Below are positions 59,167 to 64,000 of a stretch of DNA of 64,000 nt, piece by piece. The DNA is taken from positions 571-64,570 of the forward strand of contig JAEUJX010000275.1 in NCBI GenBank assembly GCA_016794545.1. Direction: 5' to 3'. Position 1 is the stretch's first letter; each line of letters starts with the position of its first letter. The position numbers and the translations under genes were made by a program. The notes under the pieces are model-generated. The model saw only the letters and a program-made list of their open reading frames with translations. It was not told the DNA's origin and made no database searches. The DNA comes from Myxococcales bacterium (GTDB lineage: Bacteria > Myxococcota_A > Polyangia > Haliangiales > Haliangiaceae).

Positions 59167-60351
59167 TTAGGGGGCAACTTTCTCGGCATTGATCCACACG
59201 TTCACGCCGTTCTTGAACGCCGTGAGCTGTGCTGCGGTGAGGCGGAAGGGGTGGTTCTGGTTCGCGGGGTCGACCGCGAGGTAGATGCCGCTCTGGTCGA
59301 TCGTCGTCGTGTTGATGCGCGTGCGGATCTGGTTGCACGCGGTCTGGATCGTCGCGTCGGTCTGCGAGTCGACGCCGGTGATGTTCATCGCGGAGCTCGC
59401 GTTGCCGTTCTGACCGGCGTGACAACCGCGGCAGCTCTGCGCCGCGCCGGCGACCGGGTTCGAGAACAGCGCCTGCGCGTTGGTCTTGAACGACGCGAGC
59501 GCCTTGCAGCCGCCGCCGTTATCGCCGCCACCGCCGCCGCCACCCATCCCGTTGTCGGGCTGGTAGGCCTTCAGCACCTTGAAGTGGATCGAGATCTTGT
59601 CGGTGGCCGTGAACCCGATGAACGCCGCGGTGCCGCCACCGATCATCGTGGTCGCGTTCGCCATCGAATTGATCTTCACGTTGAAGAACCGATCGATCGT
59701 GTCGAACGTCGGCTCCTCCGCGCCGGCCGGGTAGCTCACGAACAGCGGGTGCTCGAGGTACACGCCGTCCGGGCCGCCGATGATGGACAGCTGGTTCAGG
59801 TAGAGGCCCGACCCCAGCGCCTGCGCCACGAAGTGCAGCTTCGCGCCCGCCAGACCGAGGACCGAGAGGTCGACATCGTTGACCGGGCAGGTCGGCGCCG
59901 GCGGCGTGCCGCTCGTGCAGATGGCCGGAATGAAGGGCTCGATCTCGACCGCGGGGGTCTCCCCCTCAGGGGCCGGCTGCGCGTCCTTCTCGGCCTTGAT
60001 CCACTCGAGGAGGGCCGAGGCCTCCGACGCGAGCAGGGCGGGGCCGTCGTGGACACCCTTGGTCAGGAGGCGCGAGCTCGCGGGAGCATCCAGGTTCACG
60101 ACCGCCGGGGTGAACGCGAGGACCGTGTCGCGCATCGGCAGGTCGCCTTCGCCGGCGAGGAACTCGATCGCCGGGCGCGATCCGTTGTGGCAGGCGACGC
60201 AATTGGTCGAAAGGACAGGGGCCGCGCCGTTGATCCACGCCTCGCGCGCTGCGACCTCTTCCTTGGTCAGACCCGAGTTGCCGTCATCGATGAGCCCGGT
60301 GCAGCCAACGAGCGCGATCATCGCGACCGCACCGACCGAAAGGCGGACCAT
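59167..60351 (-). CDS. lipoprotein with two CxxCH haem-c motifs (PSCyt-like)
   Basis: ATG 60351 gives MVRLSVGAVAMIALVGC; ATG 60381 is an alternative start. Motifs CVACH and CRGCH are present, along with a G7 linker. Confidence 0.6.
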   Translation of the reverse strand: MVRLSVGAVAMIALVGCTGLIDDGNSGLTKEEVAAREAWINGAAPVLSTNCVACHNGSRPAIEFLAGEGDLPMRDTVLAFTPAVVNLDAPASSRLLTKGVHDGPALLASEASALLEWIKAEKDAQPAPEGETPAVEIEPFIPAICTSGTPPAPTCPVNDVDLSVLGLAGAKLHFVAQALGSGLYLNQLSIIGGPDGVYLEHPLFVSYPAGAEEPTFDTIDRFFNVKINSMANATTMIGGGTAAFIGFTATDKISIHFKVLKAYQPDNGMGGGGGGGDNGGGCKALASFKTNAQALFSNPVAGAAQSCRGCHAGQNGNASSAMNITGVDSQTDATIQTACNQIRTRINTTTIDQSGIYLAVDPANQNHPFRLTAAQLTAFKNGVNVWINAEKVAP

Positions 60352-60584
60352 GTTGAGCTCGCGGACCAGGGTCGCCAGCATCGCCTTGCGCGAGCCGAGC
60401 CCGGTGCGGGGGGACTGAAGACGAGGACCAGCGAGCATGGTTCCCCACTGTACAGCAACGGGTATGCCGCCCGGGATCCTCCATCTCGATCTCACTCATC
60501 TTCGTGATCTCGTTACGAATCTGTGTGTTCTGCACACATTGCGCATGAGGTTCTACACCCCAGGTGGGGACGATTGTCCGTAGC

Positions 60585-60624
60585 GCGCAACTAGTTGGAA
60601 CAACTCGTCCCGATTGCGCAACTA
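60585..60624. promoter_or_regulatory. candidate operator: two GCGCAACTA direct repeats plus perfect palindrome CAACTAGTTG
   Basis: GCGCAACTA occurs at 60585-60593 and 60616-60624, 31 bp apart. The palindrome CAACTAGTTG lies at 60588-60597. All sit in a locally AT-richer stretch upstream of the haem-c gene array. Confidence 0.25.
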
Positions 60625-60693
60625 TCAGTGGTTAGGTGTAGGGAAACGACAGTCCTAGTGGCTCCTGCCCTTGGCCCCTGCAGGGGTCGGGAG

Positions 60694-61578
60694 TCACTGG
60701 TGCGGCAGGGCGCGCTGGAGCTGGGTCGCGGTCTGCGTCGACCCGTCGTGGCTCCACCCCGGCGGCATGAACACGTAGCCGAGCTTCGCGCCGAGCGTCG
60801 GCGCGGCGGCGACGTCGCGGCCGATCGCGGCGAGCTCGTGAAAGCCGATCCGCAGCGGGTTGTACGTGTCGATGTCCGTCGTGAGGCCGTAGATGACCTT
60901 CTCGCGCTCGGGCGCGAACGTCCCGAACAGGCGGTCCCAGATGATGAAGATGCCGCCGTGGTTCTTGTCGAGGTACGGGACGTTCTTGCCGTGGTGCACG
61001 CGGTGATGCGACGGCGTGTTCAGCACCCACTCGAGCGGGCCGAGCTTGTCGATCGCCTCGGTGTGCAGCCAGAACTGGTAGAGCAACGACCACGCCTGCG
61101 CCGTCAGCACCATCCACGGCGGAAAGCCGATCAGCGGCAGCGGCGCCCAGAAGATCGGGCCGGTCAGCGGCGTCAGCACCGCCTGCCGGAGCGCCGTCGA
61201 CAGGTTGTAGTAGCGGCTCGAGTGGTGGTTGACGTGGCAGGCCCACAGCAGGCGCACCTCGTGGTGCATGCGATGGAACCAGTAGTAGGAGTGGTCCTCG
61301 AGCACGAGGAGCAGCACCCACGCCCAGCCGCCTGTCGCCTCGACGATGTCGACGACGCGGTGCTCGTAGAGGATCGCGAAGAACGGGATCGAGAGGAACT
61401 TCGCACCCGCCGCGACCGCGACATTGATCAGCCCCATCGAGAGCGAGGCGAGCGTGTCCTTCGTGTAGTAGCCGCGGATGTCCTCGCGGCCGGCGCGCTG
61501 CGCTCGGCGCGACCACGCGAGCTCGAGCAGCAGCAGCGCGATGAACGCGGGGATGGAATACAGAACGAGGTTCGACAC
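60694..61578 (-). CDS. fatty acid hydroxylase/sterol desaturase superfamily membrane protein
   Basis: His boxes are present: HRMHH, HVNHH and HHRVHH. The N-terminus is hydrophobic. Confidence 0.8.
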   Translation of the reverse strand: MSNLVLYSIPAFIALLLLELAWSRRAQRAGREDIRGYYTKDTLASLSMGLINVAVAAGAKFLSIPFFAILYEHRVVDIVEATGGWAWVLLLVLEDHSYYWFHRMHHEVRLLWACHVNHHSSRYYNLSTALRQAVLTPLTGPIFWAPLPLIGFPPWMVLTAQAWSLLYQFWLHTEAIDKLGPLEWVLNTPSHHRVHHGKNVPYLDKNHGGIFIIWDRLFGTFAPEREKVIYGLTTDIDTYNPLRIGFHELAAIGRDVAAAPTLGAKLGYVFMPPGWSHDGSTQTATQLQRALPHQ

Positions 61579-61611
61579 CCGAGACCCTTTCGCAGGCTAG
61601 CACGCCGCGCG

Positions 61612-63363
61612 ATGCTGCCCGCCATGGCTCACGGCGGAGACCTCATCGCAGACGTGCTCGCACGGCACGGCGCTTCACACCTGTTCGCGCTGTGCGGCGG
61701 ACATATCTCGCCGATCCTCACGGGGTGCCAGAACAAGGGCATCCGCGTCGTCGACGTCCGCGACGAGGCGAACGCGGTGTTCGCGGCCGACGCGGTCGCG
61801 CGCATGACCGGCAACATCGGCGTCGCCGCCGTGACGGCGGGTCCCGGCGTGACGAACATGGCCACCGCGCTGAAGAACGCCGAGATGGCGCAGACACCGA
61901 TGATCGTGTTCGGCGGCTCCACCGCGACGCTGCTCAAGGGCCGCGGTGCGCTGCAGGACATCGATCAGCTCTCGATCATGAAGCCGATGACGAAGTGGGC
62001 GACGATGGTCAAGACCGTGCCCGCACTCGCGCCGACCGTGGAGCGCGCGTGTCAGGTCGCGATGGAGGGCGTGCCCGGCCCGGTGTTCATCGAGGTGCCC
62101 GTCGATCTGCTCTACCCCGAGGAGATCGTCCGCACCTGGTACGAGAAGGAAGCCGGGATGGGCAAGGCGAAGGGCATCGGCGCGAAGGCGCTGGAGCTCT
62201 ACATCAAGGGCCACCTCTACCGACAGTTCCGCGCGCCCGTGCTGCCCGACGTGCACCTTCCCGATCTCTCGCTCGGCAAGCTCGGCAACGACGCCGCGCT
62301 CGACAAGGCGGCCGCCGCGTTCCGCGCCGCGCAGAAGCCGGTGATCGTCGTCGGCAGTCAGACCATGGTCGGCGTGAAGGACCCGGGCCGGCTCGCGCGC
62401 GCGCTCGGCATGCTCGGCGCGCCGGTGTACCTCGCCGGCACCGCGCGCGGTCTGCTCGGCCGCACGCACGAGCTGCAGCTCCGCCACAACCGTGGCGCGG
62501 CGCTCAAGGAAGCCGACTGCGTGGTCGTGTGCGGCTTCCCGTTCGACTTCCGCCTCGGCTACGGCCGCGGCATCAGCAAGAAGGCCACGCTGATCGCGGC
62601 GAACCTGTCGCCGACCGAGCTGAAGAAGAACCGCCGGCCGGAGATCGCCGTCGAGATGCACGCCGGGGACTTCCTCGTCGCGTTGTCGGACCGCGTGTCG
62701 TCGGCTGGTGATTCGTGGCGCGGCTGGGTCGAGCAGCTGCGCGCGTCCGATGCGAAGCGCGACACCGAGATCGCGAAGAAGGCGCAACCCGCCGGCGAGC
62801 TCGTCGATCCGCTGCACTTCTTCCTCCGCATGGAGGAGGCGATGGCCGACGATGCGGTGCTCGTGGTCGACGGCGGCGACTTCGTCGCGACGGCGAGCTA
62901 CATCGTGCGGCCGCGCGCGCCGCTGTCGTGGCTCGATCCCGGCGTGTTCGGCACGCTCGGTGTCGGCGGTGGCTACGCGCTCGGCGCCGCGATGGTGCGG
63001 CCGGGCCGCGAGGTGTGGCTGATCTGGGGCGATGGCTCCTCGGCGTACTCGCTGTCGGAGTTCGACTCGTACGTGCGCCACGGTGTCGCGCCGATCGCCG
63101 TGATCGGCAACGACGCGTCGTGGGCCCAGATCGCGCGCGAGCAGGTCGAGATCCTCGGCACCACGCTCGGCTGCGATCTGCGCCGGACCGACTACCACAA
63201 GGTCGCCGAGGGCTACGGCGGCGTCGGCCTCGTGCTCACCGATCCGAACCGCGTCGACTCGACGCTCGCCGAGGCGAAGGCGATCGCGAAGGGCGGCCGG
63301 CCGGTCTGCATCAACGTCCACCTGCGCAAGACCGACTTCCGCAAGGGCTCGATCTCGATCTAG
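61612..63363 (+). CDS. thiamine-pyrophosphate enzyme (acetolactate synthase/oxalyl-CoA decarboxylase-like)
   Basis: TPP_N domain ([17 protein letters not shown]), a central domain, and the TPP-binding motif GDGSSAYS...NN-type ([31 protein letters not shown]). The start is ATG 61612 or ATG 61627. The 5' part of listed ORF 60595..63363 is shadow. Confidence 0.85.
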   Translation: MLPAMAHGGDLIADVLARHGASHLFALCGGHISPILTGCQNKGIRVVDVRDEANAVFAADAVARMTGNIGVAAVTAGPGVTNMATALKNAEMAQTPMIVFGGSTATLLKGRGALQDIDQLSIMKPMTKWATMVKTVPALAPTVERACQVAMEGVPGPVFIEVPVDLLYPEEIVRTWYEKEAGMGKAKGIGAKALELYIKGHLYRQFRAPVLPDVHLPDLSLGKLGNDAALDKAAAAFRAAQKPVIVVGSQTMVGVKDPGRLARALGMLGAPVYLAGTARGLLGRTHELQLRHNRGAALKEADCVVVCGFPFDFRLGYGRGISKKATLIAANLSPTELKKNRRPEIAVEMHAGDFLVALSDRVSSAGDSWRGWVEQLRASDAKRDTEIAKKAQPAGELVDPLHFFLRMEEAMADDAVLVVDGGDFVATASYIVRPRAPLSWLDPGVFGTLGVGGGYALGAAMVRPGREVWLIWGDGSSAYSLSEFDSYVRHGVAPIAVIGNDASWAQIAREQVEILGTTLGCDLRRTDYHKVAEGYGGVGLVLTDPNRVDSTLAEAKAIAKGGRPVCINVHLRKTDFRKGSISI

Positions 63364-64000
63364 ATGCTCCGCCTCGCCCCCGTCATCGCCGTCGTCGTCG
63401 CCACCGCTCTGCCGGCACGCGCGGATGTCCGCGCGTTCACGCGCACGTACGAGTACGGCACGCAGCCAGAGGGGAAGACCGCGGTCGAGCTCTGGCACAC
63501 GCAGGGCAAGCGAGCCTTCGAGGGCGCCCTCGAGATCGAGCACGGTCTCACCGAGCACTGGGACGCGGGGCTCGTCACCGTGGTCTCGCAGGTCGCCGCG
63601 GACGATCCGGCCGCGGCCGAGGCGCTCCACCTCGCCTCGGTGCGGCTCGAGTCGCGCTACCGGTTCGCGGATCGCGCCGAGTGGCCGGTCGATCTCCAGC
63701 TCATGCTCGTCGCGGGCAAGGCGTTCGGTCGCTCCGACTACGCCGCGGGCGGCCGCGTGATCGCCGCGCGCGACTTCGACCGGATCACCGTCGCGGCGAA
63801 CGCGACCATCGACGTGCTCGCCGGTGCCGCGCGCGAGGACACCGAGGTCGTGCTCGGCTGGGCCGCGGGCGCGACGTACAGCGCTCACGCGAAGGTGCGT
63901 CTCGGCGCCGAGACCTGGGGCCAGGCGGTGGTCGAGGGCGACCTCTCGGCCGTGGCGGGCCCGACGCTCGGGCTGTCGCCGACGTCGACGTTCTGGATCA
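63364..64000 (+). CDS. hypothetical secreted protein, N-terminal fragment (3' end outside window)
   Basis: An ATG immediately follows the TAG at 63361-63363. The signal peptide is MLRLAPVIAVVVATALPARA. I translated the frame by hand and it stays open, with high GC3, to the window edge. It is not in the ORF track because no stop is reached. Confidence 0.45.
   Translation, partial: MLRLAPVIAVVVATALPARADVRAFTRTYEYGTQPEGKTAVELWHTQGKRAFEGALEIEHGLTEHWDAGLVTVVSQVAADDPAAAEALHLASVRLESRYRFADRAEWPVDLQLMLVAGKAFGRSDYAAGGRVIAARDFDRITVAANATIDVLAGAAREDTEVVLGWAAGATYSAHAKVRLGAETWGQAVVEGDLSAVAGPTLGLSPTSTFWI

Noticed and set aside
60529-60545. A sigma-54-like element, CTGCAC-N3-TTGC.
   Set aside because: The spacing between the GG-equivalent and GC elements is about 2 nt too short. 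Only one G of the -24 GG is present, and it faces the wrong direction for the nearest downstream gene.

Overview
Very GC-rich chromosomal segment, by eye about 70% GC (not computed). Gene content points to Myxococcota (Deltaproteobacteria-like): Myxococcus-type cysteine-rich repeats, many lipoproteins, ECF sigma, PP2C, a CheA-REC hybrid, and DUF1501/DUF1588 families. I support about 50 protein-coding genes and found no rRNA, tRNA, CRISPR array, transposase or integrase. Many long listed ORFs are out-of-frame or antisense shadows, as is typical at high GC. I moved several starts to internal ATG/GTG codons that give signal peptides or 4-nt start/stop overlaps. The main candidate for an undescribed system lies on the minus strand at 35351-45043. 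It comprises a CPBP/Abi-type intramembrane protease followed by three tandem paralogous ClpA-like double-AAA+ ATPases. All four genes are joined by GTGA start/stop overlaps. The ATPases carry unassigned N-terminal domains and complementary degeneracy of their motor motifs. They also have IGF-like loops at the ClpP-docking position, and two have C-terminal extensions whose motifs recall class-I release-factor domain 3 without GGQ. The second notable item is an ArsC/Spx/YffB-family gene with an in-frame TGA exactly at the catalytic Cys position, followed by a 17-nt hairpin. This is a candidate selenoprotein, and it closes an unusual four-gene redox operon. Other notable items:
- a 1454-aa lipoprotein built from 16 Cys-rich repeats and 4 lamin-tail-like modules
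- a signal-peptide-bearing, domain-permuted PEP-utilising protein
- a TGA-interrupted lipoprotein
- a haem-c/DUF1588/DUF1501 cluster with a conspicuous AT-richer upstream region
- an orphan clpX next to an OmpR-type regulator with a degenerate receiver
All family assignments come from motif recognition by eye, not from database searches.
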